Both the position numbers and the translations under genes were made by a program. Below are positions 38,977 to 47,415 of a DNA stretch of 64,000 nt, in pieces. The notes below the pieces were generated by a model. The model was not told the DNA's origin. It saw nothing but the letters and a program-made list of their open reading frames with translations, and searched no databases. Within the stretch, counting starts at the first letter, position 1, and the number at the start of each line of letters is the position of its first letter. The stretch is from positions 2,116-66,115 of the forward strand of contig JBBRMH010000001.1 in NCBI GenBank assembly GCA_038230935.1, written 5' to 3'. Origin of the DNA: Burkholderiales bacterium (lineage in GTDB: Bacteria > Pseudomonadota > Gammaproteobacteria > Burkholderiales > Burkholderiaceae_C).

Positions 38977-39861
38977 ATGAAACTATCTACCCTGATGACC
39001 GCCGCGCTGTTGACCGCATCCCTGGCTACCCCCGTCTTTGCACAAACACTGAAAAAGATAGCTGATAGCAACAAGATCACGGTGTCTTACCGCGAGTCTT
39101 CGGTGCCTTTCAGTTACTTGATTGGGTCCAGCAAAGCGGTCGGTTTTTCGGTTGAACTCAGTGAAGCCATTATTGACGATGTGCGCAAGGCGACCAAGAA
39201 GCCCAATCTGGAGGTTGCCTATATGCCGGTCACGTCCCAAAACCGTATTCCCCTCCTGGTGAACGGCACCTATGACCTGGAATGCGGCTCGACCACCAAC
39301 AACTCGACACGTGCCAAGGACGTGGCTTTTTCGACCAACATGTTCTACACCGGCACACGCCTTCTGGTCAAAAAGAGTTCGGGTGTCAAAAACTACGCGG
39401 ACCTGGCCAAAAAGACGGTCGCCAGCACCACCGGTACCACCAACGCCCAGGTGATTCGCAAGTACAACACTGAAAAAAATCTGGATATGCAGCTCATATT
39501 GGGCAAAGACCATGACGATTCACTGTTGCTGGTCGAGAGTGACCGGGCTGTGGCGTTTGCGATGGACGACATTTTGCTGTTTGGCCTGAGAGCCAACTCC
39601 AAAAACCCGGCGTCTCTTGAAGTGGTAGGCGATTCGCTGCAAGTCGAACCCTATGCCTGCATGGTGCGCAAGGACGACCCCGAGTTTAAAAAACTAGTGG
39701 ATGGCACCATTAACCGTCTTATGAAGTCGGGCGAGTTCGCCAAGCTCTACACCAAATGGTTTGAGTCCGCCATTGTCCCCAAGGGCGTGAACCTGAGTCT
39801 GCCAATGTCGGCTGAACTCAAGGCCAACCTCAAGGCGATGAGCGACAAGCCAGCGCTGTAA
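38977..39861 (+). CDS. Amino acid ABC transporter substrate-binding protein (glutamate/aspartate GltI-like)
   Basis: Signal peptide MKLSTLMTAALLTASLATPVFA. The body is ITVSYRESSVPFSY...YDLECGSTTNN..R...FSTNMFYTGTRLLV. No permease or ATPase genes are adjacent. Confidence 0.88.
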   Translation: MKLSTLMTAALLTASLATPVFAQTLKKIADSNKITVSYRESSVPFSYLIGSSKAVGFSVELSEAIIDDVRKATKKPNLEVAYMPVTSQNRIPLLVNGTYDLECGSTTNNSTRAKDVAFSTNMFYTGTRLLVKKSSGVKNYADLAKKTVASTTGTTNAQVIRKYNTEKNLDMQLILGKDHDDSLLLVESDRAVAFAMDDILLFGLRANSKNPASLEVVGDSLQVEPYACMVRKDDPEFKKLVDGTINRLMKSGEFAKLYTKWFESAIVPKGVNLSLPMSAELKANLKAMSDKPAL

Positions 39862-39889
39862 ATTGGCATTGAATCAGCATTGATTCCAC

Positions 39890-39911
39890 TGGCGTGATGC
39901 GCATCACGCCA
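39890..39911 (+). terminator. Perfect 22-nt palindromic hairpin after the binding-protein gene
   Basis: TGGCGTGATGC/GCATCACGCCA lies 29 nt after the stop. The T-tract is weak (CTTTGTCTGT). Confidence 0.45.
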
Positions 39912-40096
39912 CGTGCGCTTTGTCTGTACTGCCCTGGCTCCATGCAAAGCCGGGCAATCCTCTCCAAACCATTTCCGGAGTTGCTTGACTGGCCGCTTGT
40001 GGCGCTGCTGCGCAAGCATGGGCGTTTACCCTGAAAAAACGGTGGGCACTATGCCGCAGCAGCTTAAAAAAAACCGGAGCCTGATTTCCAGACAGT

Positions 40097-40834
40097 ATGA
40101 AAAAACCACAAGTAGTAGGTATTCTGGGCGGTATGGGGCCAGCAGCAGGGGCAGACTTCGCACGCCTGTTTGTAAGTGCCTGTTTTGATCACATGCGCAC
40201 CAGTGGGCAGGTGGTGTCTGACCAGTGCTTTCCGGAGCACTGGCTGGCACAGGTGCCTATACCAGACCGCAGTGCTGCACTTGATTGCACAGGTTTTGGA
40301 GTGCAACAGCCACTTGAGCCGATGCGCCAGGCATTAGGCAAACTGGCTGCGCTGGGTGCCGGTACAGTTGCCATAGCTTGCAATACCGCCCACGCCTGGC
40401 ATGGCGCACTGCAAGAAAGCTTTCCGCAGCTTGAGTTGCTGCATGTGGCCCGAGAAGTCGCTGCTGACCTGGTTAGCCATGGCGTACGTGAGGTAGGACT
40501 GCTGGCATCAGCGGGTACTTACCGTACAGGACTTTATGACCAAGCCTTTCATGCAGCGGGGATGCATTGCCATGTGCCGCTACCGCACGAACAGAACATT
40601 TTGATGAACGGTATTTACCGTGGGGTCAAAGCAGGCGACATGGTGCTGGCTCAAACCAGTTTTACGCAGGTAGCCGAGGCACTCGTGCGCCGGCATGGGC
40701 TGTCAACGCTGGTGATGGGGTGTACAGAAATCCCGCTGGTACTAAGGCGTATGCCAGGGCTGGATGCAGTCTCTCTGGTGGACCCTGCTGTGTTGCTGGC
40801 AAAAGCATTGGCGAGGAGGGCTTATCAGGGGTGA
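40097..40834 (+). CDS. Aspartate/glutamate racemase family protein
   Basis: VGILGGMGPAAGADF...IACNTAHAW...VMGCTEIPL contains the two catalytic Cys motifs of the Asp/Glu racemase family. Confidence 0.85.
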   Translation: MKKPQVVGILGGMGPAAGADFARLFVSACFDHMRTSGQVVSDQCFPEHWLAQVPIPDRSAALDCTGFGVQQPLEPMRQALGKLAALGAGTVAIACNTAHAWHGALQESFPQLELLHVAREVAADLVSHGVREVGLLASAGTYRTGLYDQAFHAAGMHCHVPLPHEQNILMNGIYRGVKAGDMVLAQTSFTQVAEALVRRHGLSTLVMGCTEIPLVLRRMPGLDAVSLVDPAVLLAKALARRAYQG

Positions 40835-40956
40835 GTGTGGGATTTATAAGCTGAAATCAGCCTTTCGGGCAGGAAATACGGGCGCTATCAGCTATCAAAA
40901 TGATAGTAGTATCTGTTATGTTGCCCGTTGACTGTGCCAGAACCTGAAGCTGCAGT

Positions 40957-42234
40957 TCATGGTGCTGCCTCAACCAGCACATATCCCCGCGTCCAGGTCA
41001 ATTTACTGCCATTGATGCTGCCTGTACCTGACAGTTGGGCTGGATGAATACCCAGGGATTGGGGACCGTAGATATAGGCGTTCAAATAGCTGGCATTAGC
41101 GCAGCCATTTTGTGAAAAGACGTTTGAAATATTTTTGTACTGCGCCAGTACACGTGGCCAGGCATTGGCGCCTGAGCATGTGGTGGCGACAGCGTTTTCA
41201 AGCGTTTTCTGAGGGTTGGCCGTGCGAAGTGAACCCCAATCCCTGAGCAGGTTGTAAGCAGCAGAAAGCCCTAAAAACTGCGTGGTGTCAAAGCTACCTA
41301 GCGACGAAATCTTTGTCACTGGGTAGCCGTTGCTGGCGCTGGCGCTTAACTGAGTGATCATTTTTGAAAACACATCATGGCATGCCAATGCACTGAACTG
41401 GCTGCCTGTGCTACTGATGCGAATGCTGTCAACATTGGCATCATAGGTGGCGGGTGAGCCTGTGGTGTTGTTCGGGTAGCAGACGCTGGCATGAACATCG
41501 CCTGAAGCTTGGTCATTGATCATTGCTCGCCTAGCCTGGTTGAGTCCCAGTCCCAGATATGAAACGCTGAACACTGGGTAATAAACACCGTTAATCTTGA
41601 TATTGGTGACATTTGATCCTTTCTTATCTGATGTAACGAACGCTATTTGTGACGATGCGCCGCCTATTTCAATAATCCCTTTTGTAGGTGCGTTTATTTC
41701 GAAATTTTTCATCATGTAATTTACATCTGCCCAGGCATAAAGCCCTTCGTTTTGTCCGGAAAGGGTGTCCACTTGCCGAATCAAAAAACCATTGTTTGCA
41801 ATGGTGGTTTTCACACTTTGGTAAATGGCGCCGACCGTCCTGGCATCAACCATGCGCATACCAGCTGTTGCCAGCACACTGACTCGCACCTGGTCTTTGG
41901 TAATGCCGTTGCTGTGCATATAGGCCGCCATTGCTGATAACAGAGGTTGAATTCCGGATGCTCCGGCGTTCCCAGGTGCGCTGTCTGCGCCCCGGTTACC
42001 GTCGTACCAGGACAGCTCATGCGGCACGTTTTTGTCTGTAAACAGTTCATTGATCTTGATAAACGAGTCATCTGGCGTGGTTTTATAAAGATAAATTCTG
42101 GAGCCACTGCTGCCTGCATCCACCACCGCCATCAGACTTTCTTGCGGGCGCTTCAGGTGGCCGCTACTGCTACAGGCCGCCAACATCATGGATAAGGCGA
42201 TGGCCAATAGGCGCTGAATAAATTGATGTGTCAT
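40957..42234 (-). CDS. GDA1/CD39-family nucleoside triphosphate diphosphohydrolase (NTPDase/apyrase), lipoprotein
   Basis: All apyrase conserved regions are present: VVDAGSSGSRIY (ACR1), LATAGMR (ACR2), GQNEGLYAWADVNY (ACR3), IEIGGASSQIAF (ACR4) and LTWTRG (ACR5). The lipobox is MMLAAC. The start is 42234 or 42249. Confidence 0.82.
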   Translation of the reverse strand: MTHQFIQRLLAIALSMMLAACSSSGHLKRPQESLMAVVDAGSSGSRIYLYKTTPDDSFIKINELFTDKNVPHELSWYDGNRGADSAPGNAGASGIQPLLSAMAAYMHSNGITKDQVRVSVLATAGMRMVDARTVGAIYQSVKTTIANNGFLIRQVDTLSGQNEGLYAWADVNYMMKNFEINAPTKGIIEIGGASSQIAFVTSDKKGSNVTNIKINGVYYPVFSVSYLGLGLNQARRAMINDQASGDVHASVCYPNNTTGSPATYDANVDSIRISSTGSQFSALACHDVFSKMITQLSASASNGYPVTKISSLGSFDTTQFLGLSAAYNLLRDWGSLRTANPQKTLENAVATTCSGANAWPRVLAQYKNISNVFSQNGCANASYLNAYIYGPQSLGIHPAQLSGTGSINGSKLTWTRGYVLVEAAP

Positions 42235-42492
42235 TCGGTCAGGTGCCATAAAAAAAATTTGGGTGGAATAAATGCTGTGCGTGTACTGCCTGGGCATCTG
42301 GTGTTTCATGATGCACGCAAGCGTGCCGACCATGCGTAATTTACGCCGAGAAGCCTGGAGAATTACAGATTGCTAGGGAAAACCCCTCTGCGGCAAGTAA
42401 TACGGGCACCATATGCTATTTTTTTAATAGCGTTGAGGATGAATTCATCTTACCAAAGCCTCTGAGTACAGCGCAGAAGACGGCGGCATTCC

Positions 42493-42532
42493 ATGTCATG
42501 AAAACGTCACTCGATCGACATGAACACGTCAT
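42493..42532 (+). promoter_or_regulatory. Candidate tandem Pho boxes (four heptamers in 11-bp register)
   Basis: ATGTCAT-gaaa-ACGTCAC-tcga-TCGACAT-gaac-ACGTCAT, compared with the E. coli-type consensus CTGTCAT-A(A/T)A(T/A)-CTGTCA(C/T). It is located in the 480-bp spacer between the NTPDase gene and sixA. Confidence 0.4.
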
Positions 42533-42729
42533 TCTCGGATGTCAGAATTTCTGCAAATGAAGTGCACGACACAATGGATGCCTGGAACCTGCAGGCAGAT
42601 GGCACCTGCATGCGCGTGAAATCTGGCGATTCAGCCAGCAGCAATGGTGCACAGGCTGCACTGATGGTGCGTTATTGGGCACCTCACTAAACTCACCAAA
42701 CCCCAAAAAGGCAGAAAGCAAGCACGGAT

Positions 42730-43179
42730 TTGATCTTGTGGCGACATGCTGAAGCTGAAGAGTGGCCGACAAACGGTACACAGGTATGCCAGCCCAACCA
42801 TGATATGGAACGCCGGCTCACGCAACGCGGCGAAAAACAGGCAGCCCGCATGGCTGTCTGGCTGGACCGCCAGTTACCCGACGGCACCCGCATTATTGTC
42901 AGCCCAGCGCGCCGATGTGAACAAACCGCTCTTGCCGTCGGGCGCAAGTACAAAATCAAAACAGAGCTGCTACCTGATACAAGCCCAGCCAGGTTGCTTG
43001 AGCTGGTGCAATGGCCGTATGCGAAATGGCCAATGCTGGTGATTGGTCACCAGCCCACGCTGGGGCAAACCATTGCACAGCTGCTAGGTTTGCAGGAAGC
43101 CGAGTGCACTGTCAAAAAGGGCGCACTCTGGTGGCTGCGTCACCGGCAACGGACCTCCATACCCAGACCGTCGTGGTGA
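42730..43179 (+). CDS. sixA: Phosphohistidine phosphatase SixA
   Basis: ILWRHAEAE...RRLTQRGEKQAARMAVWL...IIVSPARRCEQTA...LVIGHQPTLG is the histidine phosphatase RHG...H pattern. The start is TTG. Confidence 0.8.
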   Translation: MILWRHAEAEEWPTNGTQVCQPNHDMERRLTQRGEKQAARMAVWLDRQLPDGTRIIVSPARRCEQTALAVGRKYKIKTELLPDTSPARLLELVQWPYAKWPMLVIGHQPTLGQTIAQLLGLQEAECTVKKGALWWLRHRQRTSIPRPSW

Positions 43180-43233
43180 CAGTGCAGTCGCCAGAGGTCC
43201 TTTGATACCTTGGCAGGAACAACACATCAGCGT

Positions 43234-43755
43234 TTACTTTTCGGCAACCGGGCGGCCAGTCTTGATCGCGGGAACCAATTCAAGCGCAGTCAAAAAAGCG
43301 GTGTCGTGCATGGCTGCCAATGCCTTGATACCAGCGCGCAGCAGTTCACTTTTTTTGACCGAACGGTTCAGCCTGGTGGCGCGTTGCTTGAGTGCTTCCA
43401 GGACAACGTATTCAACTTTCGGTATGGTGAAGCTGTCACGCACCAACTTTGGTTTCCTGGATTTTTCAAGCTTGGTGCTTTGACTCGCCTTGACCGCTTT
43501 CTCAAGCTTGACAGTTACAAGAGTCTTCAAAGGTGGCGTTTTCGTGACGGGTTTTTTGACTGCTGCCCTGGCGGTCGGCGTTTTGGCTGTACTCAATTTT
43601 TTTACAGCCGGTTTTAGGGACACTGGTTTTTCAATGACTGGCTTTTTTGCGGTGACTCGCCGGGCTGCTGGTGATTTGGTTGGCGGCTGGACTATAACCT
43701 TTGAAAACGGCGTGGCTACAGACGCAGTTGCTGATGCTGGTTTGTTAGTACTCAT
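43234..43755 (-). CDS. Lys/Ala/Pro-rich (histone H1/AlgP-like) protein with C-terminal ribbon-helix-helix-like segment
   Basis: Start at MSTNKP. It has repeated KKP/AKK motifs over about 110 aa. The tail VRDSFTIPKVEYVVLEALKQRATRLNRSVKKSELLRAGIKALAAM fits a strand-helix-helix pattern. Confidence 0.55.
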   Translation of the reverse strand: MSTNKPASATASVATPFSKVIVQPPTKSPAARRVTAKKPVIEKPVSLKPAVKKLSTAKTPTARAAVKKPVTKTPPLKTLVTVKLEKAVKASQSTKLEKSRKPKLVRDSFTIPKVEYVVLEALKQRATRLNRSVKKSELLRAGIKALAAMHDTAFLTALELVPAIKTGRPVAEK

Positions 43756-43822
43756 GAGAAATCCTTGAATAAACGGTATAAACAGTTTACACCGTTTAAA
43801 AAAAGTGGTCAAGATGCCCGTT

Positions 43823-45322
43823 TTACAGGCCCGAGACAGTCAGATTCCATGGCGTTTTTTGCCAGGCGAGAACTTCTTCCTGCAGCAGATAAGCGGACTG
43901 TGGAAAGGCCTGAGCCCAACCGGGTCTGCAGTTCAGGCTAAAAAGACGTCCTGGCTCGGAGCCTGTATCAAGCAGCAAGCTTTTGAGGTCTGGATCACGT
44001 CTGGCATGGCACAAAATGACTGCAATCCGCAGGCACAACAGTTGCAGTACAAACGGACGGTCTTCAAAGTTCACTTCCAGTTTGCGCAGCTTGCCACGAT
44101 GGCCGAGTACCAGCTGACTTAGCCGGTGCAGTTCTGCCAGGGCAAATCCGGGTGCATCAGCGTTGTCAAGGACGTAAGCGCCATGCTTGTGGTAGTTGCT
44201 ATGAGAAATCTGGCTGCCTATTTCATGAAGCTGCGCAGCCCATTCAAGCTTGCGTTGCAGCCGACTTGCTTCTGTTGCCTGCAACCCGGCACCTGCCATC
44301 ACAAACAGGTGCCTTGCAACCTTGCTGACGCGCTGGGCCTGCACGGCATCCGCATCGAATTTGATCGCCAAGCGTTTGACGCTGGCAGAGCGCCTATCTG
44401 TCACATCTTGCTCACGGTCCAGCAGGTCATAGAGCACACCGTGGCGAAGCCCGCCTTGCGCAGCCTGCATTTGCTCAATATTCAGCAAATCAAACACGGC
44501 TCGCAGCACGCTGACACCGCCGCCAATCACGGCGCGCCGGTCTTCTTTCATGCCTTCTATCTTGAGGCGGTCAGCGCTCTGGGTTTTTAAAAGTCGCTCC
44601 AGCAGCCAGTCCAGCCCTTCGCGTGTCACCAGGCCAGCTGCCCAGCCAGCAGCTGTTAACACATCACTGACGGCACCGACCGTTCCGGAGGAGCCATACG
44701 CTACATCCCAGGCGCCAGCCCGATAGATATTGCAGGCTTCGTCCAGTACAGCTTTGGCGGCAATTTCTGCCATATCAAAAGCACGTTCGTTGAACTGCCC
44801 GTCAGGAAAATACTTCATGGACCAGGCCACACTGCCCACCCGGTAGGATTCGACGTGACGAGCCTCAAGGCCTTGACCAAGAATCATTTCTGTAGAGCGC
44901 CCGCCGATATCCACGACAAGCCGCCGTTCGCTCGATTGCGGCAGCATATGAGCCACACCCTGGTAGATCAGGCGCGCTTCTTCCCTACCCGAAATCACGT
45001 CCACTGTAAAACCCAGAATTTTGCAGGCTTGGGCCAAAAACTCGTCCCGGTTCCGGGCTTCTCGCAGCGTTTGTGTAGCAACTGCACGGACCTGATTTTT
45101 TTTGAAACCCGACAGCCGCTCACCAAAGCGCGCCAGACAGTCCCAGCCGCGCTGCATGGCCTCTTGTGTGAGGTTGCCGTCACCGTCCAGCCCATTGCCC
45201 TGGCGGACTGTTTCTTTTAAATATTCAGTGCGGTTAATCTGGCCATGATCAAAGCGCCCAATTTCGAGACGAAAACTGTTGGATCCCAAATCCACAGCGG
45301 CCAATAGCGTTCCATTTTGCAT
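43823..45322 (-). CDS. ppx: Exopolyphosphatase Ppx/GppA
   Basis: LAAVDLGSNSFRLEI, VVDIGGRSTE and an HD-like C-terminal domain. The start is taken at MQNGT (45322). Confidence 0.92.
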   Translation of the reverse strand: MQNGTLLAAVDLGSNSFRLEIGRFDHGQINRTEYLKETVRQGNGLDGDGNLTQEAMQRGWDCLARFGERLSGFKKNQVRAVATQTLREARNRDEFLAQACKILGFTVDVISGREEARLIYQGVAHMLPQSSERRLVVDIGGRSTEMILGQGLEARHVESYRVGSVAWSMKYFPDGQFNERAFDMAEIAAKAVLDEACNIYRAGAWDVAYGSSGTVGAVSDVLTAAGWAAGLVTREGLDWLLERLLKTQSADRLKIEGMKEDRRAVIGGGVSVLRAVFDLLNIEQMQAAQGGLRHGVLYDLLDREQDVTDRRSASVKRLAIKFDADAVQAQRVSKVARHLFVMAGAGLQATEASRLQRKLEWAAQLHEIGSQISHSNYHKHGAYVLDNADAPGFALAELHRLSQLVLGHRGKLRKLEVNFEDRPFVLQLLCLRIAVILCHARRDPDLKSLLLDTGSEPGRLFSLNCRPGWAQAFPQSAYLLQEEVLAWQKTPWNLTVSGL

Positions 45323-45388
45323 GTCTGAGTTTCTGTTTGACTTTTCAGCATAGCATTCTCGCGGAACCCTCATGACGTTTTGCCTGCT

Positions 45389-46540
45389 TCAACCAATCAA
45401 ACGACCGTCTGCAGACAGCATGCTTTGCGTGACGTACGTACTGCTTCTGCGCTGTTCATTAAAACTGATGCGAAAGCCACCCATGTCAAGACTGGATCGT
45501 TTTTGAAACGCCGCCAGTACATTCTGGCGCGTCAAGCCTGTTTCAACTCCGCTAAGCACTTCATAGGTGTAACGTGCGGCTATGAATCCGGCCAGACTCA
45601 GCGGTGTAGGCGGCTCGTCAAACAGGCGCCCCAGTGTTTCCCGATAGCTTCTGACGATGGCCATGCTGGCATTGACCAGTGGCACGGGCTGGGTAGCTAT
45701 TACAGGGGTGGAACGCGCAGCGCCCATTTGCGCCATGGTTGCCAAGTTGACGTCTGCCAGTGCCACGATGTAACGCTGGCGGGCCTGTTTTTCAAGGCCT
45801 TTTGTGAATTCAGCAAGTTCGGGTGTGCCGCCTATGAACAGCAAAATGGCGGGCGTGTTCGGCGTCAGTTTTTGACCCAGTACGCGCAGTTCCCCGCCCG
45901 CCTGAAATGACACCAGCTTGAGCTTCATGCTGGAGGCAATGCGCTCGACTTCAATATGGTAGGCAGCATGGTCACGTGTGGAGCCGTACACCGCGCCAAT
46001 TTCGTTCATTCCCATCACGGCAAGGGTTTTCACTGCGTAGGTGATTTGCTCCTGACGCGCAGCGAAGATTGGAAAGGTCTTGTCGTCAATCTCAATGCTT
46101 GAGTTTTGCAGCCACGGAGCTGCATGCGCCATGTTCAGGCCGTCCTGGCGTGAGATCTCAACGATCTGGCTGGCCAGCTGATCACCAACGCTGCCCGACA
46201 TCACAACGCAGGCAGTGTTGGCTTTGACGCTCTCAAGAGCGGCACGCAAATTGGCAGGGGTTCCGTCAGTTTCAACCGCCAGGTGCTGCACCGGGCGACC
46301 GTTTATCCCGCCGCGCAAGTTGATGTCTTGCCAGGCTGCGCGTGAGCCAGTCAGGAAGTCTTTGGAGACATCTTGCTGGGCCTGGGAAAGGTCAACAATC
46401 TGGGCAACAGCAACAGCAGCACTGCGTTGCATTGCTGGCAGCTTTGCAGGTTGCGACCAAGCCGGCATGGACGCCATGGAACCCAGCAGGCTGGCTTGTT
46501 GTATCCATTGCCGACGACTTGATGATGTTGTGACAGGCAT
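45389..46540 (-). CDS. Periplasmic binding protein, type I (Leu/Ile/Val-binding-like), Tat signal
   Basis: SRRQWIQQASLLGSMASMPAWS is a twin-arginine leader. The body is LivK-like. No transporter partner is adjacent. Confidence 0.75.
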   Translation of the reverse strand: MPVTTSSSRRQWIQQASLLGSMASMPAWSQPAKLPAMQRSAAVAVAQIVDLSQAQQDVSKDFLTGSRAAWQDINLRGGINGRPVQHLAVETDGTPANLRAALESVKANTACVVMSGSVGDQLASQIVEISRQDGLNMAHAAPWLQNSSIEIDDKTFPIFAARQEQITYAVKTLAVMGMNEIGAVYGSTRDHAAYHIEVERIASSMKLKLVSFQAGGELRVLGQKLTPNTPAILLFIGGTPELAEFTKGLEKQARQRYIVALADVNLATMAQMGAARSTPVIATQPVPLVNASMAIVRSYRETLGRLFDEPPTPLSLAGFIAARYTYEVLSGVETGLTRQNVLAAFQKRSSLDMGGFRISFNEQRRSSTYVTQSMLSADGRLIG

Positions 46541-46593
46541 GGCTGAATCTCCAGCGGAGCAATGCCCGCAACGTGGTGGAAATGTTTGGATAT

Positions 46594-46631
46594 TAAAAAG
46601 AGCCAGCTGTGCCTCGATAAAGGAGCTGGCC
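46594..46631 (-). terminator. Putative terminator of the fasciclin gene
   Basis: On the minus strand: GCCAGCT..loop..AGCTGGC followed by TCTTTTT. Confidence 0.4.
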
Positions 46632-46702
46632 AGGCACTGGTACGGCGCTGACTTCAGCGGGCGCAGCGTGCCAGATATCTGGTGGCGCGACCGGATCAGG
46701 TT

Positions 46703-47203
46703 TTATTTGGCGGGTGGAATCAGAACGCTGTCGATGATGTGCACGACGCCATTTGTAGCGGAGATGTCGGCTTTCTGGACCACGCCATCTTCAACCGTCA
46801 CAAAATCGCCTGCTTTTGAAAGCGCAAGATTGGCACCGTTGACGGTTTTTGCATTGCTGTTTTTCACTTCAGCGGCCATGACCTTGCCGCTGAGTACGTG
46901 AAATGTCAAGACGGCTTTCAGTTTGTCCGGGTTTTTACCCAGGTCTTCCATCGTTTTGGCCGGAACCTTGGCAAAGGCTTCGTTGCTGGGGGCAAATACC
47001 GTGAATGGGCCACTGGTTTTAAGGGTTTCAGTCAAGCCAGCTTTGCCTACCAGGCTACTCAGGGTACTGAGCTGGGGTGTAGCGGCAATGGTGTCCGCTA
47101 GAGACACAGGACTCGGCCGGGTGGCGCAACCCGAAAATGCAATAACGGTTGCAGAAACGGCTACAGAAATAGCGGCAAGACGGCGGGTATAAAAGCTGGA
47201 CAT
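46703..47203 (-). CDS. Fasciclin (FAS1) domain lipoprotein
   Basis: MSSFYTRRLAAISVAVSATVIAFSGC is a lipobox. FAS1 motifs are GPFTVFAPSNEAF and TNGVVHIIDSVLIP. Confidence 0.85.
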   Translation of the reverse strand: MSSFYTRRLAAISVAVSATVIAFSGCATRPSPVSLADTIAATPQLSTLSSLVGKAGLTETLKTSGPFTVFAPSNEAFAKVPAKTMEDLGKNPDKLKAVLTFHVLSGKVMAAEVKNSNAKTVNGANLALSKAGDFVTVEDGVVQKADISATNGVVHIIDSVLIPPAK

Positions 47204-47345
47204 GAAATCTCTCCTGTTTAAAACAATGCTCAGCGTAGGGGGACTTGATGACAGAGCTGTGACAAAAATTTGGGGCGTCTGTGACAACAGCCATGTTTCA
47301 GGCGTTTTCCTGAAAATGTGGCTCCTGTGTGGTGCTTGAGTGAGT

Positions 47346-47363
47346 CATGTCACGACTTTGTCA
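47346..47363 (+). promoter_or_regulatory. Pho box upstream of pstS
   Basis: ATGTCAC-gact-TTGTCAC is a 7+4+7 direct repeat lying 53 nt before the pstS ATG. Two further TTGTCAC half-sites lie on the opposite strand at about 47257-47290. Confidence 0.6.
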
Positions 47364-47415
47364 CATAAGTTTTTTAAAGTCAGGTTATCTTTTTACCAAC
47401 CCAAGAGGTGTTCTG

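Noticed and set aside
42520-42690. A 56-codon ORF (MNTSFSDVRISANEVHD...) in the NTPDase-sixA spacer.
   Set aside because: Its ATG lies inside the Pho-box-like array, so a PhoB-dependent transcript would start downstream of it. It has no RBS and no recognisable family.
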